Part shown: piece after piece, positions 14,770 to 23,950 of the stretch
How the letters are laid out: each line of letters opens with the position of its first letter
Position numbering within the stretch: position 1 is the stretch's first letter
IMG/VR virus record: IMGVR_UViG_3300034116_000503
Span: 1-28,652 of that record
Reading direction: 5' to 3' (one strand)
DNA: 28,652 bases
Source of the DNA: a virus
Taxonomy: Duplodnaviria > Caudoviricetes
Notes under the pieces: generated by a model
What the model was told of the DNA's origin: nothing
Seen by the model: only the letters and a program-made list of their open reading frames with translations
Databases searched by the model: none
Program-made: the position numbers and the translations under genes

Positions 14770-17105
14770 TTTCGGTTGTTCACAAAATTAGTGAACTCAT
14801 CGTAAACAAGTTTCGGCTGTGGCATCTTAGCTATGCTATCGCTAAACATCTTCGCCATCGTACTAGCGTTGTTAACCTCGTTACTCATTGCCCTATCGCT
14901 ATAACCCCCATCAGTTGTCGGGATGTAACCTGTGGCAAATTTCCTATTGCCTAATTGGAAGTTCGGTCTGTTACCTACTGCCATCTCCATCTGCGCTAAT
15001 ACTGGCGCAAATCGCTCCGTTGCCTTTGCTGTTATTACACTTTCGCCTCGTGATAACTTTGCATCTATGCTGTCGCTTGTTGCTGTTCCTGCACCGTCTA
15101 AACCAATAACGCCTGTGGCAAATCTTGGCGGTTGTTTACTTGCTATCATTCCAATTTGAACTGCTGAAAATGCTGCTGCTAATGCTGCAAATAACGGACC
15201 TGTAACCGTACCAACTAAAGGGATTGAAGCACCCGAAGTATAAGCCGCTAAAGTGGCGTTTATACCTTGCATTACTGCCGTTGCTAATTGTATAGCTTTG
15301 TTTTCTTCAAATTGTTTACGCTTCAACTCCGCACTTTGTTTAGCATATTCTTCCTCGCTTAATGCACCACTTTTTAAAGCCGCATCAAGTTCTTCTTGTT
15401 TACGTGCCGTTACCTCGCTAAGTATATCAGATATTGAACCGATAGTATTCAACGCTCCCCCTACAATACCTTGTATAGCCTGTATTTGCTCGGTTTGTAT
15501 TTCTTCTGCTGTCTTTGCAGTTGACTTAGTTAATTCAGTTCCTTTTTCAGCGTACTTTTCTTTTATCGCTAATAACTCCTTTTGCTTTATTTCTTCAATT
15601 TTTACCTCGCTTAATCCTAATGCTCTTAGGTCTTCAATACGCTTTTCAAAAGCCAACTCAAATAAAGCCTCCTCCTGCTCTTGACCACTTAGCAAAGTTT
15701 TTATTCTTAACTCTTCTAAAAAGGCATTACGGTCTGCAATTTTATTTAATCGGTTGACTTCATCTTGTTCTGCTTTCTCTTTATCAGAAATAGCTTTAGC
15801 GTCTGAAATAGCTTTTTTAGCCGCTGCGTCTGCTGCGTCTCTACCACGTTTTTCTTTTTCCTTTGCACTTTTATCTGCCGCCTTTTGCGCTTCGGCTTCG
15901 GCTTTTTCAATTATCTTATTACGAGCATTAATCATTTTCTCGGAGAACTTATTTAATTCACCCTCTAATGATTGACGTTCTAATAAAGCTGTTTGGTATA
16001 ATTTTAATTCTTCATCGGTTAATCCTTTTGTATCTTCAAGTCTTTTACGCAACGCTAATGACCTTTGAGTGTCCTCCTCCGCTAATATTTTTAATTCGGC
16101 ATCAGATATTTCTAACTTTGCTTTTAGTGCTTTGGCTTGATTGTCTATTGAGATAACATTTCGCACGTTTGCTTTCCCAAAAATATCACGCTCCAATGCC
16201 TCCGCTTTCTCAATTAATTTAAGCCTATCTTCCTCGCTTTTAGTTCTATCTTTTGATGCAATTATTAAGGCATCAACTTGTGCACGACCTTTGGCTTGTG
16301 ATATATTAAATGCGCCTTGTGTGTCCTCTAAATCACGAAGGACGTTTAATAAATTCATTGACGAGTTAACTATATCGTCAATACTTCCACCAGTTACTAT
16401 TGCTCTAAATGCTGCGCCCAAAGCTGTTGTGCTATCCTCAACCGCATCAGCTACTGGTTTAAAATTTTCAAATACGGTTATAAGGGATTGAATACCCATT
16501 ATAATCAACGGCAAACCTGTTGTAGCTAGTGCCGCACCAAAACCTTTAACGCCACCCCCTGCGGCTGTGAAACCTGCTTTAGCAGCCTCTAATCCTTTAG
16601 AAACCTCGCCAATGTTTACGCCAAATAAGTTTATTTGCTTCCCTGCTTCACTAAACCCTTGACCGTAGTTACCTACGTTACGAGTAGTGTTACCTAATGC
16701 CGCCTCTTGTTCCTTTATTACCGTATTTAATTGTTTAGCGGTTGCGATTTGCTCTTTAGTTGGCTTCGCTGTTTGTATTAATTGATTGTATAAAGCGTTA
16801 TAGGCTTTACGGTTTTCTGCTATGCTGTTTTCTTGTGCCTTCCCTGCTTTGATGTTATCTTCAGTGGCTTGGGTCATTATCTTTGTTGCACTAGTTTGTT
16901 GCACCAAAACATTGTTTAACGCCCGTTGCTCTTTCTCTAATGCCTTTACTTCCGCATTTTGTGCAATGTATTCATTGGTCTGTTGCTTCCCTGCATCAGT
17001 CAACTCCTTTAGCTTTGTTTTAGACTGGGTCAACAAATCGTTAACGTCCTGCAATGCCGAAACGGTTGGAGTGGTGTCAATCTTAAATATTAGTGTATCT
17101 GCCAT
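14742..17105 (-). CDS. Tape measure protein
   Basis: 787 aa Ala/Lys/Glu helical protein; RNVGNY motif and C-terminal FATG...G.GTATSDSI.AKLSRGESVI. Confidence 0.9.
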   Translation of the reverse strand: MADTLIFKIDTTPTVSALQDVNDLLTQSKTKLKELTDAGKQQTNEYIAQNAEVKALEKEQRALNNVLVQQTSATKIMTQATEDNIKAGKAQENSIAENRKAYNALYNQLIQTAKPTKEQIATAKQLNTVIKEQEAALGNTTRNVGNYGQGFSEAGKQINLFGVNIGEVSKGLEAAKAGFTAAGGGVKGFGAALATTGLPLIIMGIQSLITVFENFKPVADAVEDSTTALGAAFRAIVTGGSIDDIVNSSMNLLNVLRDLEDTQGAFNISQAKGRAQVDALIIASKDRTKSEEDRLKLIEKAEALERDIFGKANVRNVISIDNQAKALKAKLEISDAELKILAEEDTQRSLALRKRLEDTKGLTDEELKLYQTALLERQSLEGELNKFSEKMINARNKIIEKAEAEAQKAADKSAKEKEKRGRDAADAAAKKAISDAKAISDKEKAEQDEVNRLNKIADRNAFLEELRIKTLLSGQEQEEALFELAFEKRIEDLRALGLSEVKIEEIKQKELLAIKEKYAEKGTELTKSTAKTAEEIQTEQIQAIQGIVGGALNTIGSISDILSEVTARKQEELDAALKSGALSEEEYAKQSAELKRKQFEENKAIQLATAVMQGINATLAAYTSGASIPLVGTVTGPLFAALAAAFSAVQIGMIASKQPPRFATGVIGLDGAGTATSDSIDAKLSRGESVITAKATERFAPVLAQMEMAVGNRPNFQLGNRKFATGYIPTTDGGYSDRAMSNEVNNASTMAKMFSDSIAKMPQPKLVYDEFTNFVNNRNQSVNLSEL

Positions 17106-17106
17106 C

Positions 17107-19032
17107 TTAATAAAGTTTTACAAGTTCAACCAATGTACTCACGTTCCTGTTCGGGTTATAACCGCTTATCTTGCTCACATAAAAATAACTATTGAAGTAT
17201 TCTATATAAATAGGAATAGTCAAGTCAAGTTGATTAATGTCTGAGGCGTTTAACCGTAGTAAGCAAGTGACTATCTTAGCCTTATCCAAAACATCAATAA
17301 AAGACTGGTAAAAAGTCGGGATTAAATTATCATCAAACCCTAAATTGATTTCACCGCTCTTTTGAAAGTGAGTTAAAAGAATGTCCGTTGTCTGTGCGCT
17401 GTTACTTGTGCCGTCTGTGTAGGTAAACGCCACATCATTAAACTTGGCGAATAGAATACGCTGGTCTATTTCATCTTTAAACGTGCCGTCATCATTAAAT
17501 ATTTGCAAGTCTGCAACAACTAAACCACCTGTTAATGCTTGTGTACTTGCGCTAAAATCAATCTCAATTAAATCTTGTTCGTCATCTAAATTCTGGTCAT
17601 CTAAAGTTATTACTCCATTTGCGAATGTTGCGTTTTGGTTAGGGTCGAACACACTATCATATTGCCACGTGCAAAGATTTCTTTGAGCGTAGCCATCAAC
17701 CGCAAATGTTATCTGTGGCGTATCGGTTAGGTCTAACTTATTTGACCAATCTAAAGCGTTTGGAATATTATCATTTAGCTTTTCAAACGGTACTATGTTA
17801 ACTACTTTGTTTACTTCATCAACTTGAATAAGTGAGCAAGTCAACTTCAAATAAGTAGCTAGTAATTCGCTTTGTTTTGTATCGGGTAGTAAACTATTGA
17901 CGGTTGTAAATTGACGGCTTATAAAGTTAACTGACGGTAAAGCATTTACTTCAGTTGGAGTAACTACAACCGTATCTGTAATGGTTAATGAAGCATCAGC
18001 AACGGTGTAAATTGCAGCCGTTAAAAATGAAATGGTAATTGAGTTTGCATCATCTGTTAATGCTGACGGTGTAAGTGTTGCCGTTCCCGAATAAGTAAAA
18101 GTGTTTACGCCTACTACCACATCAGCCGCTAATCTTGTATCTGATATGCCTATTGAATTAACGTCTATCGTAATATTGCCTACGATTGTAACCGTTATAT
18201 TTATTACAATGTTATAAGTTACGGTTATTATATCATTTAGAATAACGCTACCATCCCAAGTTGCTATTGAACTAGGGTCAAAATAAATATCGCTACCACT
18301 AATTTTAGTAAGCATCATTATTTTGTTAGCCGCTGCAGGAGCTGGTAAAACCAAAGTATCACCAAAAAACTCGCAGTTATATTTATCACCGTTAAAATCT
18401 CTCAACCACTCTTTACACAACGGCAAAACCATTAACTGATTAGGATAACCGTATTTTAATTTCGTTTCATTGTTTAGCGTGTAATCTTGTGAAGCCGCTA
18501 TTTGTTCTAAAATAAACTCAATCGAAACGCTCGGTGGTTGGTAACGAATATCACCCAAAGCTATCGCAGTAGGTTGCTCAACATTCAAAGCGATTGAACG
18601 TGGAACGTCTAAATCCGTTCTCGTTGCAACGTAGTTAGTCAACGTGTGATAATAGTCATAAGCACTAAAATCAATATCAGTTAACTTGCCGTCCTTTAAA
18701 GCCGCAAAGAAATCACTATTGCCACCGTAAATGTTGACGTTATAACCTTGTGCGCTTTCCTTTAGCGTTGCAAATGAAATCTGTTGGTCAATACCGTTGG
18801 AATAGTAACGTGCCTTTAGCCGCCTGTATGGCTTAGTACCTATGTTATTTACGTCATCGGGATTTTCAAAGATAGCTTTGTTCTTTGCCGTTTTCGGGAT
18901 GGTAAACTCGGCTGACCTTACTCCGCTTCGCTTTTCAATTTCACCAATCTTAGCTATGGCGTATTCGATACTGATATCCGCATCAGTAGGCAAGTCAACT
19001 AATTTATCTTCGATGTATAACTCACTAGCCAT
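17107..19032 (-). CDS. Tail tip / baseplate hub-like structural protein
   Basis: 641 aa; ELYI....VDL, S.EFTIPKT.KN..IF N-terminus and LDL..PIYI......FYV.KI..Y......VELVK C-terminus; Thr/Val-rich beta insert. Confidence 0.7.
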   Translation of the reverse strand: MASELYIEDKLVDLPTDADISIEYAIAKIGEIEKRSGVRSAEFTIPKTAKNKAIFENPDDVNNIGTKPYRRLKARYYSNGIDQQISFATLKESAQGYNVNIYGGNSDFFAALKDGKLTDIDFSAYDYYHTLTNYVATRTDLDVPRSIALNVEQPTAIALGDIRYQPPSVSIEFILEQIAASQDYTLNNETKLKYGYPNQLMVLPLCKEWLRDFNGDKYNCEFFGDTLVLPAPAAANKIMMLTKISGSDIYFDPSSIATWDGSVILNDIITVTYNIVINITVTIVGNITIDVNSIGISDTRLAADVVVGVNTFTYSGTATLTPSALTDDANSITISFLTAAIYTVADASLTITDTVVVTPTEVNALPSVNFISRQFTTVNSLLPDTKQSELLATYLKLTCSLIQVDEVNKVVNIVPFEKLNDNIPNALDWSNKLDLTDTPQITFAVDGYAQRNLCTWQYDSVFDPNQNATFANGVITLDDQNLDDEQDLIEIDFSASTQALTGGLVVADLQIFNDDGTFKDEIDQRILFAKFNDVAFTYTDGTSNSAQTTDILLTHFQKSGEINLGFDDNLIPTFYQSFIDVLDKAKIVTCLLRLNASDINQLDLTIPIYIEYFNSYFYVSKISGYNPNRNVSTLVELVKLY

Positions 19033-19735
19033 TTTGCATAGTTATTTCAGTAGCGTAAATAATTCTGACGCTAACATCAAAAAATTTATCGTTTGTGTTT
19101 CGCTTGGTGAATGTTCCTGCTTCAATCAACACTGGTGTAACTTCAAGCGTTCCATCTTGTAAAAAGTTTGCGATGTACGCCTGTGTGGTTTGCTTTAAAC
19201 TTTCCATGTAGGCTAACGCCTCTTGTGGTATATCTCCAGTGGTAAGTATCTCGCTATCGGTTACGCCTCTACGCTCACTAACGGCTGTTAGATATTGTGG
19301 CGTTTGGTATGTTTCTGCATCGGGTATCTCCGTTTCAAAAGTCGTGTTACCGTTAAATGGAAACACCGCCCAACCGCCTTGCCTTGTTAACCAACCTAGT
19401 AATTTAGTATTGCAATTAGTTGGTAAGTCAATTTGATTGTACGCTTCTAAGTTTAACTCCACAATGTACTCTACATCAGTTGCTCCGTAGCTTAATGTGT
19501 AACTAAAGGAATAGAACCCAATATCTGCCACGTCTAAATTAATATACCAACCCAAACTAAAAGGAAACGAACCGAATGGAATAAACCACGCTGGTTCAGT
19601 CACATAGTTCCCTGCAATACCTAAACCGTTAAATGTGTATGCCGTCACGCCTTGCATAATAGCCGCATCGAAGTAATCAGTAATCACTCCGCTATCGGTG
19701 CTGTCTTTAACGTAGGTCTTGACTTTCTTAATCAT
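19025..19735 (-). CDS. Tail structural protein (distal-tail-like)
   Basis: Likely start ATG 19735 (TAATG overlap with the upstream stop); L.WL.RQGGW..F.F motif. Confidence 0.6.
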   Translation of the reverse strand: MIKKVKTYVKDSTDSGVITDYFDAAIMQGVTAYTFNGLGIAGNYVTEPAWFIPFGSFPFSLGWYINLDVADIGFYSFSYTLSYGATDVEYIVELNLEAYNQIDLPTNCNTKLLGWLTRQGGWAVFPFNGNTTFETEIPDAETYQTPQYLTAVSERRGVTDSEILTTGDIPQEALAYMESLKQTTQAYIANFLQDGTLEVTPVLIEAGTFTKRNTNDKFFDVSVRIIYATEITMQNG

Positions 19736-20373
19736 TAGTAAGGTATTGTCGTATAAATAACGGTTATGTCTAATCTTCCACTCCCTGCTGTCGGGTTTCC
19801 GTTTTGAATTGCCCACATTAAAGCCTTGTTTGCAATAATGCTATTCCCATTCGTTGGCGAACTTGCTGAAACTATTGCACTTTTATTTGCTGTTTGCTCT
19901 AAAATAGTGGATATAGAAATCAAACGATTATCCTCAATATCTAATGTGTCAAAGTATATTGATTGAGTTGTGTTTGTTGCATAAGCCGCTGTGATGTATG
20001 TATATTTTACAACTGCTGAAATAGGTATGATTGCCAAACCTGCGCCTGGTGCTGCAATTAATTGAACTGGTGTTGTGTTCCCTGCCAATATCTGTGCGCT
20101 TCCAATGGCTACGGTTACGGATTGCGTACTCCCTAAACCGCTCGACATACTCGCCCATGCTGAACCGTTGTAATATTCAAACTGACTATTATCAGTGTTG
20201 TATATTAGTAAGCCACTCGCTGGTGTTGCGATTGCGTTACGTTGTGCCGTTGTTAGCTGAATAGCTAAGTCTTGGTAGCTGTCAACCATGTCATCCAAGA
20301 TAACTTGTTGAGGTGCGCTAAATGTACTCCCTGAAATGTCGGAAGCTAATTGTGTTTTGCTTTTTACTGCCAT
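19735..20373 (-). CDS. Fibre-like structural protein
   Basis: LTTAQRNAIATPASGLLIYNTDNSQFEYYNGSAW segment common in fibre/surface proteins; beta-rich C-terminal domain. Confidence 0.65.
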   Translation of the reverse strand: MAVKSKTQLASDISGSTFSAPQQVILDDMVDSYQDLAIQLTTAQRNAIATPASGLLIYNTDNSQFEYYNGSAWASMSSGLGSTQSVTVAIGSAQILAGNTTPVQLIAAPGAGLAIIPISAVVKYTYITAAYATNTTQSIYFDTLDIEDNRLISISTILEQTANKSAIVSASSPTNGNSIIANKALMWAIQNGNPTAGSGRLDITVIYTTIPY

Positions 20374-21134
20374 TGTATTTGATTTTCGTTTATTGTTCGT
20401 TTATCATCTGCGCTTCCATCAATTAATAGCTTGGTAAAACCGCACTCGCTAATTGAGTTTGCTTTCACATAATATCGGTTCAAATCTTCTACCGTTAACC
20501 CACTATTAGCCACATAGTTTTCACCCTTTAATGAACCGTTAAAAAAGTGGCGAAGATAAATATACTCTTTGCCACCAACCGTTATCGTTCCTGTATATAT
20601 GTTGTAATTGACTTCGTCTAAATTGTAATGTATTTTGTATGGCGTAGGGAATGCCGCTTGTGCATAGCCGCTTAGATTAAACCTTAATCGCCCATTTAAA
20701 TCTGCTTCTGGTCTGAATGTAGCGATTAACTTGTAAGGTTGAACCGTATTCATATCAACGCCACCGATAATCAATTCACCCACTTGCCATCCGCTATAAA
20801 CGGTCACGCTAGGTAAGTCCACAAACTCACAACCTGCACCAACCGAACTAATAACCGTACTCGGATAGGCTGTTTGTAAAGTAAAGTCGGATTGACTTGT
20901 GATTGACTTCACCACATGAAAACCAGTTAACGCCCCAAAGTTCCGAAAGTAAATACGGCTTCCCACTTCTAGGTCAGCACTAAATGAAGAAGTCAACACC
21001 ACTTGAATAAGACCGTTATTAGGGAAATAAAAGAATGGTCGTGTGGGTAAAGAGTACACCCATGTGAACTCTCGATGTGCGCTAACCCACTTGTAAGGAC
21101 GTTGGAAAAGTAAATAGTCGTTGGCTCGGCTCAT
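20364..21134 (-). CDS. Putative tail structural protein
   Basis: 256 aa beta-rich ORF leading the tail-tip block. Confidence 0.55.
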   Translation of the reverse strand: MSRANDYLLFQRPYKWVSAHREFTWVYSLPTRPFFYFPNNGLIQVVLTSSFSADLEVGSRIYFRNFGALTGFHVVKSITSQSDFTLQTAYPSTVISSVGAGCEFVDLPSVTVYSGWQVGELIIGGVDMNTVQPYKLIATFRPEADLNGRLRFNLSGYAQAAFPTPYKIHYNLDEVNYNIYTGTITVGGKEYIYLRHFFNGSLKGENYVANSGLTVEDLNRYYVKANSISECGFTKLLIDGSADDKRTINENQIQWQ

Positions 21135-21138
21135 GTTG

Positions 21139-21146
21139 CAAATTTA
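21139..21146 (-). promoter_or_regulatory. -7 promoter box 4 nt before ATG
   Basis: TAAATTTG-CAAC-ATG. Confidence 0.6.
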
Positions 21147-21185
21147 AACAACTCTAAGCCGTTATTATTTTCGTGTCCTATTTAT

Positions 21186-21692
21186 TTATGCCGCCAATAA
21201 TTCAAAAATCTCGGATTGGATTTCTGTCACCAATAATTGAGCAAACTCGGCTTCGATGCTTCGCTGTAATTCTTCATTAAATATTCCGCTCACTAAATCG
21301 CTCCCACCTGCTTGATATATGGTCGAACCCTCTTGATGTATTCGCCTTGCAATTAAGAAGGCTAAACTATCTTTACTTATTCCATCGGGTATAATTCCTT
21401 TGTCATCTATCCATTGCCTTATCGCACGTTTAACCGCACCATTGCCTCCGTTCTTTGTCGGTCCTCTACCGTTTTGTAGATACTGAATATAATCATTGCC
21501 GTAAATGCTTAGCACCGTTCCGTTGGTTACTTCAAACCGTATTGACTTGGCTAGTTTGCCACTTGCGTTTACAACACTCTCAAACGTGCCATTTGCGCCC
21601 CTGCGCTGTATTAGCTTTGTTTGGATGTCATTCACCAACTGCTCGGTTAATTTGACCCCTAATTCGTTTAATCTCGCCTCTAAGTTAATCAT
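21186..21692 (-). CDS. Neck / tail-completion protein
   Basis: ASGKLAKSI, Y..YLQNGRGP, I.QWI..KGI, LAFLIARRI..EG motifs. Confidence 0.7.
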   Translation of the reverse strand: MINLEARLNELGVKLTEQLVNDIQTKLIQRRGANGTFESVVNASGKLAKSIRFEVTNGTVLSIYGNDYIQYLQNGRGPTKNGGNGAVKRAIRQWIDDKGIIPDGISKDSLAFLIARRIHQEGSTIYQAGGSDLVSGIFNEELQRSIEAEFAQLLVTEIQSEIFELLAA

Positions 21693-22111
21693 GGCTCACA
21701 AACTTTGCTGGATTTGATTTGAAGTTGAAATCTCACGAACATTCCGTTTGTCACTCCGCTAAACTGCTTATAAAACGGTTCTGCTTCATAGTTGCTCACT
21801 ATCTTACCGCTACCTTGTAAAGCTAGGTGAAACCGTCTTTGCATGGTGTCGGCTTCGTCTGTGCTGTTTAACAAGTCATCTGCCCCATCGTGAGGCGAAC
21901 CGTCAAACAAAAATGCCATTAATATATTTGGGTTCACGTCTACGCCCATATTGGTCGGGTTTTGCACACGAAACGGATAAAGGTGTATTTGTGGCATCGG
22001 GTTGTCCTTGATGGCTAAATTCGCATCGCTAACACGCCCATGATAGAACGTGCCGTTCGGGTTAATGGTTTGGCAAATGCCTTTGATGAAGTTTACGGTG
22101 TCTAAGTACAT
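21689..22111 (-). CDS. Tail terminator-like protein
   Basis: 140 aa; F.HG...D, P.IHL.P and EPF...F....G pattern; adjacent to the neck gene. Confidence 0.5.
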   Translation of the reverse strand: MYLDTVNFIKGICQTINPNGTFYHGRVSDANLAIKDNPMPQIHLYPFRVQNPTNMGVDVNPNILMAFLFDGSPHDGADDLLNSTDEADTMQRRFHLALQGSGKIVSNYEAEPFYKQFSGVTNGMFVRFQLQIKSSKVCEP

Positions 22112-22115
22112 AAAG

Positions 22116-22123
22116 CAAAAATA
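22116..22123 (-). promoter_or_regulatory. -7 promoter box 4 nt before ATG
   Basis: TATTTTTG-CTTT-ATG in the 12-nt intergenic gap. Confidence 0.55.
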
Positions 22124-22408
22124 CTATTTTCTCATCATTTTCTGCTGTTGCTGTTGTGCGGCTTGTAAATCTTTTTGATACATGGACTTTTCAAAGTCGT
22201 GAAGGAGAATATCGTAAATCAAAGTCGCCTGCATATTTGTGACTTCCTCAATAGTTTTGCCCCATCTGTCCATCATGGCAAAGATAGTGGCTTTCGCTCC
22301 GAACTTTTTGAACCTGTCCACGTTTGCTATTGCCTCCGCTTGGCTTGGTTTGTAGTCGTTCAATCTTTTATAACGCTCAAAGAACTTTTTGAGTGCAGAA
22401 AAAAAAAA
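22124..22408 (-). CDS. Tail assembly chaperone, frameshifted C-terminal extension (gpGT-like)
   Basis: -1 frame relative to 22360-22806, entered at T10 (22399-22408); the only alternative start is a TTG at 22414. Confidence 0.65.
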   Translation of the reverse strand, partial: FFFSALKKFFERYKRLNDYKPSQAEAIANVDRFKKFGAKATIFAMMDRWGKTIEEVTNMQATLIYDILLHDFEKSMYQKDLQAAQQQQQKMMRK

Positions 22409-22806
22409 GCGCAAATAGGGTTCGCCTCATCAGTAGGCACTTCGCTAAAATCAATGTCGGTGTAGATTTTCGCAATGCCAATCAAAGCGTCCTTCGGTTT
22501 GTCATGTTGAAGGAGTAAAGACTTCGCCATCTCTAGTTTGCCGTAGCTTTCACGCCCAATGTCAATTTGTTTATCTTTTTCTAAGTAAGCGTTTGGAGGC
22601 TCGTGCATAAACTGCAATGCCGTAAACAACGCCCCTAGTGCTTCGCTGTTTAGCTTGTTTAATGTTGTGGTCGGTACACCTAGCAAACAACTAGCTTGGT
22701 CAAGTGCTGTTTCATGGTTTAGAAACTCGATGTACTTCTTAAAAGGCACATCGCCCCAATTAGTCGGGATGTTAATTAGTTCCTCGTTTATTTTTCCTTG
22801 TATCAT
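22360..22806 (-). CDS. Tail assembly chaperone (gpG-like)
   Basis: IPTNWGDVPFKKYIEF N-terminus; AFFF slippery site near the C-terminus. Confidence 0.65.
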   Translation of the reverse strand: MIQGKINEELINIPTNWGDVPFKKYIEFLNHETALDQASCLLGVPTTTLNKLNSEALGALFTALQFMHEPPNAYLEKDKQIDIGRESYGKLEMAKSLLLQHDKPKDALIGIAKIYTDIDFSEVPTDEANPICAFFFLHSKSSLSVIKD

Positions 22807-23950
22807 ATTAGACTATTTTTTCTTATTCCTGTGCTTGTTTTATGCTTGGTTAAATACATTGTGCTGTATCGTAGTGGGTCAATGCAATGATTAAACGCAT
22901 CAACTGGTATTCCTGCTTTTTTATCGTTCCAAATATAGTTAGATAATTCTTTTCGTAAATTGTGCGATGTTCGTGTTATCACTATTTGATAGTCTTGCAT
23001 CTTTGTTATCCCTGCGCTCACACTTCCTGCACCCTTTTCGCATGGTATTATATTCGTTCCTTTTCGTCTCAAATCGTCTATCAATCTAGGTTCAGCACTA
23101 TCCGCAATGATTAACTCATTCGGCTTCGTGGCTTGTTTATTTGCCTCGAATATTTCGTTTGTACCCATGCCAACGGTTGAATAAAACTTTTCATCAGCGT
23201 AGATAATCTTTTTCTTTTCGTCAACCGCCACTTTGACTAAAGTTGTCGGGTCAACACTAAAGCCATAATCTTGACCGTAAACGTATGGCAAAGAATTATC
23301 GAACTCCCCATGTGTCCAGTTGGTGAAGATTGCGCCTTGTCGGTTTGCCCTTTCACCGCTTCCGTAAATTGTCCACCAATATTGGTTTGACTTTCTGCTT
23401 TCGATGTCCTCAATCTGCGCTTGGGTCAAATATGGATTGTCTTTGTAGGTGGTTATTAGCGGTGGATATTTTTCAATGTAAGGGTCAAGCCAATGTTCCA
23501 AACCTAAAGCAGGGTTATAATCGCAAATAATTCTATGCCTTGTTCGTGGGAATAGTTGGTCGATTGTTTCTTGTGGGAACTGGTGCGCCTCGTTTATCCA
23601 AATGAAGTCACGGCTGCGTCCGTGTATCTTTGCAGGAGTGTCCGCACCGTAGTAGCTTATTATATTGCCGTGCAAATTATAATAGTGTTCGCTTTTGTTA
23701 TGGTGCAAATCATTATACACGCCACACTCAATTAGAACGTCTTTAAAGTCTTTCCAAGCCGTTGCACGTAAAGCAGTAAAGGTATCACGAACTATGTCTA
23801 TATCAAGCCCTGTGTAATTCTCACATAGCCAAATGATGTAATAGATAACCGAGTAACTTTTCCCCGACCTTGTGCCACCTTGCAAAAGTGTTATCCGTTG
23901 CGACTTAACTTTTTTTTTAAAAAGCGAAAGTTTGGATTACTATTCTTCAT
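22803..23950 (-). CDS. terL: Terminase large subunit (PBSX-type); N-terminus joined across a -1 shift at A9 (23910-23918)
   Basis: Walker A GGTRSGKS, Walker B IWINEA, nuclease GQDYG..DP and NHCIDPLRY. The track start (TTG 23885) removes the strand before Walker A. Confidence 0.92.

Noticed and set aside
14888-17686. Series of plus-strand ORFs opposite the tape measure and hub genes (and similar shadows elsewhere)
   Set aside because: Antisense shadows of strongly biased coding sequence; no promoter or motif support.
19736-19816. Track N-terminal extension of the 19025 gene
   Set aside because: Overlaps the upstream gene by about 80 nt; ATG 19735 in a TAATG overlap is more plausible.
23886-23942. 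Stop-codon readthrough or TAG recoding fusing TerS to TerL (same frame)
   Set aside because: The TerS TAG is followed immediately by TAA, so TAG recoding alone cannot open the frame; other genes end normally in TAG.
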